A stretch of 64,000 bases of DNA from Lytechinus pictus (GCF_037042905.1 NC_087251.1:3784001-3848000), one strand, 5' to 3'. Positions 48,321-62,190 are shown, numbered from the stretch's first letter. Numbers and translations: made by a program. Notes: generated by a model not told the origin, from the sequence alone.

Positions 48321-49639
48321 TAGACATGACGAGTTACGAGATCATGTCATCTCTCCCATGGTAGACATGACGATCGAGATCCAAGATCTTGTCAGCTGAT
48401 CATCATTCTCCCCACACAGGAATACTGCACAGGATGTATAGACATGACGAGATTCAAGATCTTGTCATCTCATCATCTTTTTAAAGGATTGAAGACATGA
48501 CGAGATGATTATAATAATCAATAATCAATCAATAATGTTGATTTTGCGTGCAGAAATGATCTTTGTAAGAGAAATGAATATTTTAATTGTTGAAGCATCG
48601 ATGAAAAAGGTAAAAATATGATTGTTGGTTGTTTGTACAGAGCTCCAAATTCTAAGATTGATGGCTTTATGGCTCAAATTGATTTTAATCTATGCTTATA
48701 ATCAAAACAATGGCCTGATTTACATTGTGGGGGATTTTAATATAGATTAATTGAATATTTTTCAAGTCATACTAAAACTGAAGAATTTGAAATATGACTC
48801 ACTCACAACTTCAGTTTCCAATGAATAATTAGCCTCCACATATCCTACGACAACCCTCATTTGTTTACAAATGCAGTTGAGTAGTACAGTATGAAAGTGG
48901 ATTGATTTATTCTGATATTTCCGACCACTTACCAATATTTTATATTTAAAATTAAAGACCATATACTTTGCCAAAGTACAACTCACTAAAAGTATTATTG
49001 CATATAACTTGAGCAGTTTTAAAGAAAAATCAAGAATGCTTTCCCATAGCAAAAATTTAAAAAAAAAGCAAGGATAAGAAAATTTGTGTTTTTAATAAGC
49101 CATGGATTACACCAAGTATTTTGAAATCAATACTGGAAATTTTTTTTTACAAAAAGCAAATCACACAAAATGATAATTAATCTAAGTAAACATACATAAC
49201 TGATAAGAATAAACTTGTTACAGTTTTAAGGCAATCTAAAAAAAACATATATTATAATATGAAATCCCAAACACTTAATACAACGTGAAAAAAAAAAACA
49301 TGGAAAGAGATCGATAAATGGGCTTTTAAATGGAGTAACAATTCTCTTCAATATCCTAAGCAAATCATGTTTTTAAAGATGTACTGCAAGGTTAATTCCG
49401 TCCTCGGCCCATTACTTTTTATTATCTATATAAATGGTATTATATTTTGCTCTCCATTATTAAAAAGCTGGGGGCTTCAGCCCCCCACTTTTTTTCTAAA
49501 ACCGTGTACAAAAACGTAAAAATGACCATATGATTGTGATTTTTTGCATGGTCAGCCCCCCCCCCCCCACTTTGAAAACCGTCCGCGGCCCCTGAATTAC
49601 TAATGAATTGTTTTTTAATTAAAGTCTTAAAGATAAATG

Positions 49640-50220
49640 ATTTGATAGAAATGAGTGTTGCTATATTTACTATAGAATGAATATACTTCCAGAAATTAAA
49701 AAAACATGCCTCTCATCATGCTCATCGATCCCATCGATACATATCACCTGCAAGAATAAAAGATTAATGCTCATTTCTAGCACGTAAAACTATACATCTC
49801 AACGATCCTTACGATTCATTGGTCCAAAAATATGGAATAACTTATCAAAAGATTTTAAAGCATGCTCGACAGCCACAAGATTTACAAGAAAACCATAAGA
49901 TTTCCAAATTCGTAAACAATTTACCTTAAGACTCGAGGTGCGTTCTTGTAATTTAAACAAAAAATAATTGTTAATGTTTTTGCATGTTTAACTTTTTGTT
50001 GTTTGTCTTAATTGTTTTATTGTCTTATAATATACACGTAACACTTATTGTTTAAGTTGTACAAGCCATTGCTTTCCTGTTTTGTGTAATTATTTCCCAT
50101 TCTTATTTGTTTTGGGGCCGCCCCTGCACGGTGATGAAGCTCTATAGCTTCTAGGGGTCCACATTGTACATATGTTTTTTTTTTAATTGTTTTTAACACA
50201 TTAAGGTGAAAAAAATGAAA
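49640..50220 (+). mobile_element. Old CR1/L2-group LINE 3' end
   Basis: GPKIWNNLSKDFKACS, followed by a T-rich 3' UTR and a stem-loop near 50113-50160. Confidence 0.55.
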
Positions 50221-51685
50221 TTAGATTAAATGAGTTATCTGAAAATCTGGGTGGCACTTTTGAGCTTCCAGCTTCATCTTCATCTTCTTCTCGATCCCCC
50301 CCCCCCCCCTTCTCTCGTCTCTCGCCGGCCGCGAAATTATTTTTCCCACCGAGTTCTGGACCGACATATGAATATTCATGACTTGCGTCTTCGCATTGAG
50401 AGTACGCATGCGCGTGGACTTGGCCTCGACCAGTGCCGATCGTAAGCATTCACGTTGCTCAGAATGAATTATAAGCATCGTCAAATTACCGGTACCCTTA
50501 TAGGCCTTGATCTATATATACATCCAATTCTTAAACACTTATCAAACTAGCTGCCATTAATGGCAAGACATGTGCTAGGGTAGGGCTAGCTTAGGCTAGC
50601 GCATTAACTTTACCTCAAATCTGGACCTGTCTAATGCCTAATACTATTAGGAATAGCCGACTAATGCCATGGTTAACTTCGAACTTGTTAATTCCTAACT
50701 TTACGTTTGATTAGGTTTGGACCAATATTAGCTTATTTACCATGGTTTAATATGTCTAGTCCGTATACAGAACCAGTCCTAGATCTAAAATAAATATCTT
50801 AGTTCTAGTCTAGTCTCTAGATCTAGACTCTGATCTACGCGCTATCAGCATGGAACCACTAGTGTATACCAAAGGGGGGGGGGGGCAGACTGCCCCCCTG
50901 ACGAGTCACAACTGATCCAGGGGACGTGCCCCCCCTTGAGAAGCCAAATTAATAATTTGTAATGTCAAAATGCAACGAAAAAAGACGTATGTCCCCTCTT
51001 TTGAACGTGAAGATTTTTTTTTTTCTTGTCAAAATTTTTTCAGCTACGAAATCCTTAATTTTGGGTGAAGACGGGGATCAAGATCACTGACGTTAGAATA
51101 CGTTCCATGCACGCACTGGTGTACCTAGGATTTTCCAAAAGGGGGGCAAATTTTTTAGAGGACATTTTGTCCGCGAAAAAATGTGGCAAGCCCCCCCCCC
51201 CCAAAAAAAAAGGGTCTTCACCCCAAATTATGGATTTCTTAGCTGGAAAAAAAATTGACAAGCAAAAAAAAAAAATTTATTTCATTGCATTTTTACATTA
51301 CAAATTATTAATTTGGCTTCTCAAAGGGGGCACGTCCCCTGAATCAGTTGTGACTCGTCAGAGGGACAGTCCCCCCCCCCCCTTGGTACACTAGTGGTTC
51401 CATGCTGATACAGCGTAGATCAGAGTCTAGATATAGAGACTAGACTAGAACTAAGATAAATTTTTTTTAGATCTAGGACTGGTTTTGTATACGGACTAGA
51501 CATATTAAACCATGGCAAATAAGCTAATATTTGTCTAAACCTAATTAAACGTGAAATTCGGAATTAACCAGTTCAAAGTTAACCATGGCATTAGTCGGCT
51601 ATTCAGTGTTGTAGTCAAGGCTCAAACCTCCAAGGCCAAGGCTTTAATACCCAAGGCCAAGGCTTCAATACCAAAGGCCAAGGCA

Positions 51686-51750
51686 CAGTGGCGTACCTAG
51701 GATTTTTCACAGGGGGGGGGGGGCAAAATCAGCTGCCAAAAAATTTGACA

Positions 51751-51788
<38 letters not shown>

Positions 51789-52076
51789 TCTTCAATAAAA
51801 AAAAAAAAAAAGGTTTTCGTACCAGAAAAAAAATTGACAAGCAAAAAAAAAAAAAAAAAGGTCTTCAATAAAAAAAAAAAAGGTTTTCGTAACAAAAAAA
51901 ATTGACAAGCAAAAAAAAAAAAAAAAAAAAAGGTCTTCAAGCTCGTCAGGGGGGGCTAAAAAGGTATTTTAAGCTCGTCAGGGGGGGCAGGTATATGACT
52001 TTTGTATGGGTTGTGGCTCGTCAGGGGGGGGGCAGAGTGCCCCCCCTGCCCCCCCCCCCCCGTAGGTACGCTAGTG
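51686..52076. mobile_element. hAT-like MITE, family of 16300-16547
   Basis: CAGTGGCGTACCTAG ... TAGGTACGCTAGTG; 8-bp TSD CCAAGGCA. Confidence 0.88.
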
Positions 52077-53532
52077 CCAAGGCATGGAAACCCAAGGCCA
52101 AGGCCTGAAAACCTCAAGGCCAAGGCATTTCAAACTTACGATATACAGAACAATGAACTAACAATACTTAGGCGGCAGACATCACACATGGTAAAATGTA
52201 TGTGAGCGAGGGGACTGAGCGAGAAAAAAAATTAACCTTTGTACATTTAAAACAAAAATAATTTCATGATAGAGACATATTAAAATAATGATATAGTTAC
52301 CTGTGTACACATAATCCATAATTTTTCTATAAGCGATTTACATTGCAATAATTATTATTACCACGGTCATCTGATCCTGGCATTCTCAACGTATGTTTTT
52401 CTCCACTCCCTGGGACAGGGGCAGCAGAAAATTATTATGGGGGGGGGGGGGTCAACGCCAAAAAGGCACCCATTTATCAAAATGAGTTTTTTTGTGCAAA
52501 CAGATACATGTATTTTCAAAATGAGATTATGAATATTAATACACATGATTATTAATACTTATTGATATAATATTAATAATTATTGATTATTAAATTATTT
52601 TTTGTTAATTATTATTTCTTGAAACCATATTGACACAAAAACAAATACGTTGTTTATTTCCTTGAAACTGTAGAGAAATGAGATTCAATGTTGAACGATA
52701 TATGATTAAAAAGATGTAAACATTTCCCCCCCTTTGTTTTGTAAATCTGACCCAAAACAAATATAAAATTTAGAAGAGAGATAGAGAGAAGAAGAAGTCC
52801 CACCACCAAGAATAAACTTAGACAAGGGGGGAAAGGAAAAGGAAAAGATGGAGTAAATCTGATATTATTTTTTAAACAATCTATTGCAAAATTAGCTTTT
52901 CTTATAGAAAGAGGGGGACAAATTTTGTTCACTCGCTCGCTTCAATCGCTTTCTTCTTTTTTTTTGACAGAAATTTTGCTCTATATATGCCATGCTTGGC
53001 CCCTCAAAGTTTCTGGCTCATCATGCCATTGACATAACCCATTTGGATATGACAAAATTGGAGACTGTGTTCAAGTTTACCAAATCTTTTCAGAATATTA
53101 AGACTTAAAACATTCTTGTTGGCCAAAGAAAATAATACAAGGAAAATCCTAATGGAATAGAAATCAACCTTGTTATCGTTCTTTAGAGTTAGCTATGTTT
53201 AAAGTATGAAAATTGTTGTCAAAATTGCAGTCAGATGTAAAAATTATTCTTGTCATCAAAGCACTATTATCTTGATCATGACCATTACTATTTACTGTCA
53301 TTATCATCATATGATTACAACACATTACCAATACATAATGCTATTTTTCACAATTAATTACTGATGTATTCTTTGTTTGAATTTCATGATAATGGTGACA
53401 ATTACAATTGATGACACTGCTAGTACACTTACTACTGCTGCCGCTACTGTTACTGGTGATTGGTAGTATTGACCATTAGTGTTATTAAATATATATATAA
53501 AAAAAACAATTGAAACATAATTACTTATTTAA

Positions 53533-54115
53533 AGGAGAATGAAACTCTTGGAGCAAGTTAGCTTTTGTGAAAGCAGAAAAATCAAAGAATAAGATCACCA
53601 AAACTTTGAGTAAAATAGGACTAGCAATAAAAGAGTTATGAGCATTTGAATGTCGAGATCACTAATGCTATGGAGATCCTCCCATTGGCAATGCGACCAA
53701 GATCTGTGATGTCACACACGTACAACTCTCCCATTTGGACACTGAAAATATACCCCAAAACATCTCTTTTTGCTCATTCTAATCATATGACAAACGATTC
53801 ATCAATGATATAATGTTGTGAAACCTCTGTACTTGTCATCTCATAAAGAGAACACCTCACCTTGTGATAGACTCTATAAAAGTGAGAATATAAGTGAAAT
53901 AAGTACTAAATTAATGAGGGAGTTGTACGTGTGTGATATCACAGATCTTGGTCGCATTGCCGTTGGGAGGATCTACATGGCACTAGTGATCTCAATATCC
54001 GAATGCTCATAACTTTTTTATTATTCATTCAATCTTCCTCAAACTTTCAACAATATGTTTCTTTGATTTTTCTCTTTGATATGGATTCAGCTGGTTTCAA
54101 GGGTTTCATTCTCCT
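53533..54115. mobile_element. Kolobok-like non-autonomous element
   Basis: TTAA-AGGAGAATGAAAC ... GTTTCATTCTCCT-TTAA; absent from the paralogous site near 2795. Confidence 0.9.
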
Positions 54116-54728
54116 TTAAAACAAATGAAAGTACAAAATACAAAATGCCTTGAAAAAGCCTTGAAAATGCCTTAAAATTTCAAGGCTCAAAATCCTCAAG
54201 GCCTAGGCCCTCTCAAGGCCAAGGCTTTGAAAAAGTAGCTAGGCATTAAGGCACCTTAAGGCCAAGGCCGAGCATCAAGGCACTATAACACTGATTAGTA
54301 CTAGGCATTAATTAGACAGGTCCAGATTTGAGGTAAAGTTAATGCGCTAGCCTAAGCTAGCCCTACCCTAGCACATGTCTTGCCATTAATGGCAGCTAGT
54401 TTATTAAGTGTTTAAGAATTGGATATATGTATATATATAGATCTAAGCCTATAAGACCTATGTAACTATGTAAGGGTACCGGTAATTTGACGATGCTAAT
54501 TCATTCTGAGCAACGTGAATGCTTACGATCGGCACTGGTCGAGTCCACGCGCATGCGTACTCTTAATCCGAAGACGCAAATCATGAATATTCATATGTTG
54601 GTCCAGAACTCGGTGGGAAAAATAATTTCGCCCCCCGCGAGTTTGCACACACTTCCGTTTAGCCTTCCTAATTCGCTTCGCGAATCAGGAAATCCCTCGC
54701 TTCGCTCGGGAAGCAGGCGCCGCCAGCG

Positions 54729-55480
54729 CGTTTCCGTTTTACACCCTGGCGAAGGCAATCTCCGCAAAAATAGCTACAAAGCGACTAGTGAAGAGTCTAC
54801 ACACGTCACTGGTTTCTCCCCACAAATCCGAACATGTTTTTGCAGTGGCGTTTATACAAGGAAGTGGAAACCTACAATTCGGGCAATAGCCTAAATTAAT
54901 TTAGTGTTATTATTCTTGTCTTATCATTATCATTACTGCTTGTCTTTTCATATAATGATAAGACAATAATAATAACAATACAAAACGAAGGAGATCGAAT
55001 CTCCGAGAATCTACAGCATGTAGAAGTTGTTTCCACTAATTGTTTCATAATGATTCTAAACGATGAATTAAAATATAGTAGTATAGTAGTATCGGTGGTA
55101 GTAGGAGTAATAGAACTAGTATATTTTAATTGGGAAACAACTGGACTTCTACATGCTGTAGATTCTCCCGGGAGATTCTCCTTCGTTACGGTACTTTTGT
55201 TATTATTCTTGTCTTATCATTATTATTACTGCTTACTAAATTAACTTTTGCTATTGCCCGAATTCTAGGTTTTTCATCTCCTTGTATATACAAAAGCATG
55301 TTCGGATTTAATTAATGACTGCTCTCTGTACATGAAGTGCCGTGGCCGTGTAGCCACTGAACTCTGTGCTGGAGTTCAGTGGCTGTGTTGCATGTGATGC
55401 TGATGTGTATAGACTCTTCACTAGTCGCTTTGTAGCTATTTTTGCGAAGATTGCCTTCGCCAGGGTGTAAAACGGAAACG
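54729..55480. mobile_element. Near-palindromic MITE with ~76-bp TIRs
   Basis: CGTTTCCGTTTTACACCCTGGCGAAGGCAATC... arms; CGCCAGCG on both sides. Confidence 0.8.
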
Positions 55481-55504
55481 CGCCAGCGGGCCCTGCATAA
55501 CACA

Positions 55505-55652
55505 ATGTTATTATTACCCTTCTCCAGTCTAAAGTTGCTGAGCGCCAAGCAAGAGGGCAGAAGGTCCCATTTTTATAAGTCCTTGATATGACTCGGCCGG
55601 GAACGAACCCACGGCCTCCCGTTCATGAGGCGGACGCTCTACCACTGAGCCA
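55505..55652 (-). mobile_element. tRNA-derived SINE (Meta-SINE-like core)
   Basis: Minus strand reads TGGCTCAGTGGTAGAGC...GGTTCGTTCCC...GAGTCATATCAAGGACTTATAAAAATGG. Confidence 0.75.
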
Positions 55653-55769
55653 GAAAGAGTACTCATGGACATTATTGTACTGTTTGTTCCAATTTGATCA
55701 CGTGACATTTAAAAAGTATACGGGAGCAAGATATATGAATGTAAGTGTGACGGTGGATTGTACGTTTAC

Positions 55770-56850
55770 GCAAATGATGTGGGTGTGTGGGAGAAAGATG
55801 GAAAGTGTTTGATGGCAAATGTGGGGGAGAGTGTGTGAGAATATGAGAAAAACGAGTTTGATGTCAAGTGAGGGCGTGTGTGAATGAGAAAGAAAGAGAG
55901 AATATAGGTGGTAAGTGTGGATGAGGGTGTGAGAGGGAGAGCTAGACGATGAGTATGGGTGGTGTGTGTAAATGAACATAGTATCAGATGGCGAGTGTGT
56001 CTGTGAGAATGAAAAAGTGTTTGATGGTAAGGGTGCGTGAGGGTGTGTGGGAATGAAACAGTGTGTAATGGTGAGTGGAAATGAAGCTAGAAAGTGTTCT
56101 ATGGTGAGTGTCGATAAGGGTGTGTGGGAATGAGAGAGAGAGAGAGCAAGAACTTGATGAGTGTGTGGGTGTATGAGAAAGATAACGTAAATGTTGTTGA
56201 GAATGTGTGGGAATGAGAGATAAAGCTTAATGGTAAGGGTGTAGGTGAGAAAGAAAGTGTTATAAGGCGAGTACGAATGTATGCCAATGAGAAAATTAAG
56301 GAGAAAATGTTTGATGCGAGTGTGGGAGAGGGAGAGTGGAATGAGAGAGTGGTATCAAGTGTGGGTGATTGTGTGTAGGGATGAGAGAGGGAGGGTGTTT
56401 GATGGTGACTGTGGGTGGTGGTGTGTGGAAATAAGAAATTGAAAGCTTGATAAAACAAAGAGGGTTGGGGGAGCTTGATTGCGACACATCCTCACTCTTC
56501 AGTATACGCGCATTACCATTATTACCACTAAAACATGACTTGTAATCATTATCTTTGTCTTTTTTGTTTTCAAATCATATTTTTTTAAACTTTATATATC
56601 ATCCCCTCTCTGCTCCCTTACTCACCGACACATTCATCTCTTCTATTTCCATTTCTCTTTCTTGATAGAAAGATCAAGTGTATACTCCAGGGTCAGAGAT
56701 TATTATGTTTGTAATGTGAGGGAGCATGCATATTCACACACATTCTATATCTATATGATGTGGGTGTGTGGTAGAAAGAGTGAAAGTGTTTAATGGCGAG
56801 TGTGGGGGAGAGTGTGTGAGAATATGAGAAAAACGAGTTTGATGTCATTT
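55770..56850. repeat. Degenerate GT/GA-rich minisatellite
   Basis: Recurring GAAAGTGTTTGATGG..AGTGTG units; 55776-55866 is repeated at 56756-56846. Confidence 0.65.
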
Positions 56851-58597
56851 GATTTTCATTTGTAATCATTTCATTTGTAATCTCATTGATATTGATATAT
56901 TTATTTGTTTGATTGTTTATTGATTGTATACATGCAAAGAATTTTTATTTATATGAATTGTGATTGTAAACTTATTGATTTGAAAGAGGAAGAAAAAAAA
57001 ATCTAGTCTTTACAGAGCAAATGTAACTGTTAAATACTCAAAGGGATCACATCCACTCTTTAAATTGGTGCCAAGCTTACATAAATTATCTGATTAACAT
57101 AACAATTTTTTACACTTCTGACATACTACTGTTGATCCTGTATATATTATATATCTCACTTTTTTATATATAGCTCTGTAGGAATAAAATAAACTCAGCA
57201 CATCTGTTCTTTAAAAATTTCAAATGCAAATAATTGATTGTGTTATTTTATTTTCATAGGAATAATGTAACATAGCTTACCTTGTTGAGATAAATGGCAA
57301 CTATCTTCACTACTTCTATTAAAACATACCAGAAAAAATTGAACAAAGAAAAAATGATTAATGAATTTGTAATTCTTTATTCATAATTAAATTCAATAAT
57401 TGAAATCAATATTAGATTAACCTCGTTTTACAGCAGAGCTTGTTATATACACATGAAAATATACACGTATAATCTCCCCTCTTATTTTTCTTGATCTGTC
57501 ATCTACTGTAAATATTAACATTATTGCTAATAGAACATCAATAAGGTTACAGGAGAATACGATGGAAAAGCGAATACCAGTTGACATTCATCACTCTAAT
57601 AAATCAAGAGATGCAATATACAGGACTATAAAAAAAAACATTATAAAAAATCCAATATTAATAGGAAAATCTAAAATGCCACAAAGTTAATTCAGTGAGA
57701 AGTATGAATTGAAAAGAAAAGGTTAACATTTCTTTCAAAGAATTTAGAAAATACACTCAGATTTTGATGGCAAATTATTCCTCATTATTGTAACTCATTA
57801 CTGTTTTGAAAAAGTATGAAAAACTGTGAAAAGTTATATGTTATTTAATTTATTGTGATTACCTAAAATAAGTTATAGAAATTGACAACTAATGATTACA
57901 GTTTGAGACTATGAACAGCTTTTGATAAGCATAGGAAGAAGTAGTAGCAATAGTAACAGCATTCAGAATAAAGTTGGTCCTACAAAGAATCTGAATGCAG
58001 GACAAACATCAGTTTAGTGGTGTCAAAATCTAATGTTGGCCCATCAAAATTTTCTGACATCAGATTTTGTGATATTTTCCAACCATATTAGCACTGAATT
58101 GCATAATTTGTTCCACATGGGAAATATTTAACTTGTTCTGTTTATTTGATGTATCATTTTATACAACAATGTATAGAAGTTTTTCTGAAACTAGTGCATT
58201 TATTCACTTGTCATTTTAGCGTAAGAATCTGATATTGGCCCAATGGAATTTGATATAAATCAAATAATAATAAAGATAGCATGCATAAGTACATAAGCAA
58301 ATGAAATTTCATGATGACCACGAGTTACCCTAATACATTAGACTAATATGCTTACCCAATGAAAATATCTACACCTGGGATGTGTATTGAACATTACAGT
58401 GTCACTTTTAAACTCATCTTAAGACTGGAACATACATTAGGCAACAACATTAGATTAAAAATGGTTTAATGTTGAATTGCTAAAGCTAGGACAACTATGG
58501 AATAATGTACATGTCACTAGGACCTTTCTATATTCTTTAGGAATGTAGGTTCAACATTCATATTTCAGTCTAATACAAAGCTGGTACATAATTATGC

Positions 58598-58696
58598 TCA
58601 TCGACTTCGTAGGTTGTAACGAAATTGAGGAAGGATGCGTAGGTTGATTCCATTGGGAGGGGTAAGGAAACTCAGGTTGCCAAGCTTTGGTGGAAT
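58598..58696 (-). CDS. Cytochrome P450 (CYP3 clan), last exon
   Basis: IPPKLGNLSFLTPPNGINLRILPQFRYNLRSR*, after a TTATAG acceptor. Confidence 0.85.
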   Translation of the reverse strand: MPPKLGNLSFLTPPNGINLRILPQFRYNLRSR

Positions 58697-59036
58697 CTAT
58701 AACAATGAGAAAAAAAAAATGAAAATAAAACCATGTTTATTTTCCCCTCATAATGATAATGACTACAACACCAAGTTTCTATTAAGAGCAAATTTGTGTC
58801 TACATTTCTGTACTAGGCGATAAAAACTGGATAAAAATTGTTGAGCACCGGTTGCCATGGGTGAATGAATGGCTGTGACATTTCTGTAAAATAGCCTGAA
58901 GATCAATACACCTTTGTGAATCACCCCATATGTTAACGCACTTCATAAAAACTTCAACATGCTCAAAGCTTATCTCACTGATGATTGGTTTAGCTATTAA
59001 ACAGGCAATATTAATTCCATATGTTTATGTTCTTAC

Positions 59037-59199
59037 CTCTGTCTCAGGGCAAATTTCAAAATAAAACTTCTGTAGGATGCAGACCATAGCTACTTTGATC
59101 TCTAACAATGCAAACCTGACACCGATACAACTATGTGGGCCCATACCAAAGGGTAGCCAGCCACATGGGTGGTTGTTTCCTCGACGATCCTTGCTGAAC
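59037..59199 (-). CDS. CYP3-clan P450, haem-binding exon
   Basis: FSKD...WLPFGMGPHSCIGVRFALLEIK...CPETE; AG/GT boundaries. Confidence 0.93.
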
Positions 59200-59816
59200 C
59201 TAGAATTTAATCATTAATTATGTTAGTTTCTGTGACATACAATATACTTACAAGCAAAAAGGTTGAAAGTTTGGAACATGAAAAATAATTTCAAGTTGTT
59301 AGTTTTTAGTATTTTTGATGGTTTGAAGTAAGTATTCCTGAACACTAAAAAGTCTAATGAAATAGTATTGAAGCATGATATTAGATAATTAAAGACGTTT
59401 AAATATTGATTGTCCAAGAATTTCAACTAATTCCTTTGTGACATTCTTCTTGATCATATCTGCACAAGACTGTAGTACAGCTCCAATTGCATTTAAAAAT
59501 AATGAATGCATTTTCATAAAGTGAGCAATATAGCATATCCAAGATTATATGAACAGTGCAAGTCTAAATCAATCAGGGATGCCACTTATTTTTTTTTTTT
59601 TTGGTAATAGTATGAAAATTACTTTATATTTCCTTTAATGTACTCAATATGTGTTTTCTATGGCCATATTGTATAAGTAGAAATTTGTACTTTTGTCTAA
59701 TTTTTACATCACAGATTTAATGATATATTGCTTCAATTTACAGCTTAGCAGGATTATGAAATAATTATGTATAGAATATAAAGAATGTATTATGATATTG
59801 AGTTTGCATCAAATAC

Positions 59817-59954
59817 CTTTCAGGGTCAAAGGTCTCTGGGTCAGGCCAAAGGTCAGGATCATGTTGAAGGTTCCATATTGGTATAAGAATATGTTGTCCT
59901 TTCTTGATGGTGATATTATTGTAGGTGATTTCTTTGTTACAAACGCGGTCTAGG
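59817..59954 (-). CDS. CYP3-clan P450 exon
   Basis: LDRVCNKE...LQHDPDLWPDPETFDPER (PERF motif); phases consistent with neighbours. Confidence 0.93.
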
Positions 59955-60548
59955 CTGGAAGGTAAATGCACAAATTGCTGACTGTTAACTGTAATTTTCC
60001 AAAGAATACTAGTATGAACATAAAAAAGATTGACAGGTAACTATTATGTTGTTAATTCAAATAATAATATACATTTATAGAGCACCTCCTTTCTGATTTG
60101 TAAATTCATTTCTCATTCAGTAACATATAAATTTGAAAATAAAGTAAAAAATTACACATCAAGGAAACTACCAGGTTAACTACTATAGAATCAAATGATG
60201 AAATTATTCTTCAAATAATTTTCTGGTAAATTAATGTAAAATAATGTCATAACAGTCATATTCAACAATTCACAAATACAAAGCAATAAAAACCACAAGG
60301 CGACCTTTCCCCAAGAATTTTCTACACATTTGTTTATCCTCTCAGTATAATTCTAACTTGATATTTTGCTGCATTGTTAATTTATATTTTACTCAAACAT
60401 TGTATGAATGCAAAAACTATTTTAAAAAATCAATAAAACAATGTACATTAAGCTAAAATCTTGAAAGAAAGTGGAATTATGCTTTAACTTAGAAATATGG
60501 ATACAATATCTGCATTTTCAAAAAAAGGCAAGTCAAAATAAAACTTAC

Positions 60549-60769
60549 AGTTCTCCAGGGGGATATATTCTCATTGATTCCATGATAACCATATTCAGAT
60601 ATTCCATCTTCGTTACCGTCTCAAAAGTGATATCATTCAGTGAGGGCGCCTTTTCCTTGACCTCCTCTATAAGGTGATCCTGAACATGCTGGTTGGTTGC
60701 TAGGAGATAGGAAACAAAGCCTAAACCTGTGCTAGAAGTCTCATAACCAGCCAAGAGGAAGGTTATTGC
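60549..60769 (-). CDS. CYP3-clan P450 exon (I and K helices)
   Basis: AITFLLAGYETSS...YLNMVIMESMRIYPP (AGxET and ExxR motifs). Confidence 0.95.
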
Positions 60770-61153
60770 CTGAAATAAAAAAAATAATAAAAAAGTACAA
60801 AAATTAAATTGGGCGAGACCAAAATAGACTGGTAATGAGCCATCTATGAAAAAGCAACATTATGAGGTAGGACATACTTTGCACTTAAATAAAAATCCTT
60901 TCAAAAGGATTTTGAAAGGTTGTTTTTAGGAATTCAAGGAATGTAATTCAAACTATCTATTTAAAAAAAAAGATGTCTTGATCAACTTCAATACTCATTT
61001 AATAAACCTGGGCATTATTACAATATTTATAACACATTTCAGTGTATACATATGATCATTATGAGAGAACAAAGTTTGTCCCCCAGAAAAGGGTTTGGCA
61101 ATAGTACCTGCACAGAAATATTGATTATGTATTCATAAAGAGAAGGGCCTTAC

Positions 61154-61312
61154 ATTTCCTATAATTTCACTTCTATTGAGAGCAGTCTTCTGTTTTGGTT
61201 TCCAGCTTGTTTCCTGAGCTAAGTCTGCCACATCATCATCGTCGTCGTTCATCCTTTTCACATCACCATCTTCCTTGTGAGCAGACAACATCAACTGAAG
61301 GAAATCTAATTG
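61154..61312 (-). CDS. CYP3-clan P450 exon
   Basis: QLDFLQLMLSAHKE...ALNRSEIIGN; DFLQLM is typical of CYP3A. Confidence 0.92.
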
Positions 61313-61793
61313 CTAAGAATCATAAAACAATATTCATTAATAATAATTGTGTTAAATTACTGATCTGATCAATGGTTAAAACAAAAGTGGTCCCCAGCGA
61401 TCAAGAGAATACTAAAAAATGCTCAAATATTAAGCTTTTTTCCTATTTTGCATTAACAGAAGCAAACATTATAACAGATTGTTTTAGAACAAATACATTG
61501 TTGCTAATTGGTCATACCTTAAATGATTATTTTATTCCTATGTTATCTGATCTAACAATTGGGACTGAAGATGCAGTCAACTTAAAGATATAATCAATAC
61601 CACATGAAGATACTAGTGTTTGAAATGTTTTCCCCTTCAAAAATATTCAATTTCATTTTATTTGATTTCTTATATTTGTACTTATTCATAAATTTATCCT
61701 GTCCAATTTAGAAATTTCATTATCATAATCTAATCAATCCATTTTCATTTTTCGAAGCAGGGAAATATCAATAAATTTTGACATTAATCTCAC

Positions 61794-61924
61794 CCCTGTA
61801 TCCCCACTTGCTTGTCTATCTGCTATAGCCTTCTCAAACACCTCTAAGAAAAACTTCTCAATATCCTTGGGCATTGTACCCAACTTGAAGAAATTCAGAA
61901 TGGGTGCAGTCCATGGAAACAACA
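61794..61924 (-). CDS. CYP3-clan P450 exon; earlier exons not found in the window
   Basis: LFPWTAPILNFF...FFLEVFEKAIADRQASGDTG; GTGTAG acceptor, GTGAGA donor. Confidence 0.85.
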
Positions 61925-62190
61925 CTACACATGGGGAAAAAGAGGAAAAGTCCAAAGAGAAATTAAGTCTGAACTGGACGCCATGGTGTAAAGACGTGTT
62001 TTGGTCAGCTCCGCGGTACCATGCATGCATTTTTTAACTACTACTATTACAGCCATACCATATACCATTTACTTCTTTGATTTGCGACATTTGCTCAGCG
62101 GAACGTTGTTATACTACCTCTTCATCAATACTTTGTGCAGAAATTCATTATTTTGCTACTTTTGGCTTGACTTTTACTCCCTTCACCACC

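Larger units (their letters stand above)
51604..54293. mobile_element. CAGTGTT-ended element with AAGGCC subterminal repeats
   Basis: CAGTGTTGTAGT ... ACTATAACACTG; absent from the left arm of the inverted duplication; no clear TSD. Confidence 0.8.
50331..54631. repeat. Inverted duplication: 50331-51072 versus 51214-51603 plus 54294-54631
   Basis: Arms are reverse complements; twin ORFs 50221..50484(-) and 54487..(+). Confidence 0.9.

Noticed and set aside
51595..54300. 3-bp ATT target duplication for the CAGTGTT element
   Set aside because: The empty site in the opposite arm suggests a small deletion rather than a duplication.
50221..54894. Duplicated small protein gene (MTMLIHSEQRECLRSALVE...)
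   Set aside because: The shared translation is a by-product of the inverted duplication; starts are non-ATG and the C-termini diverge.
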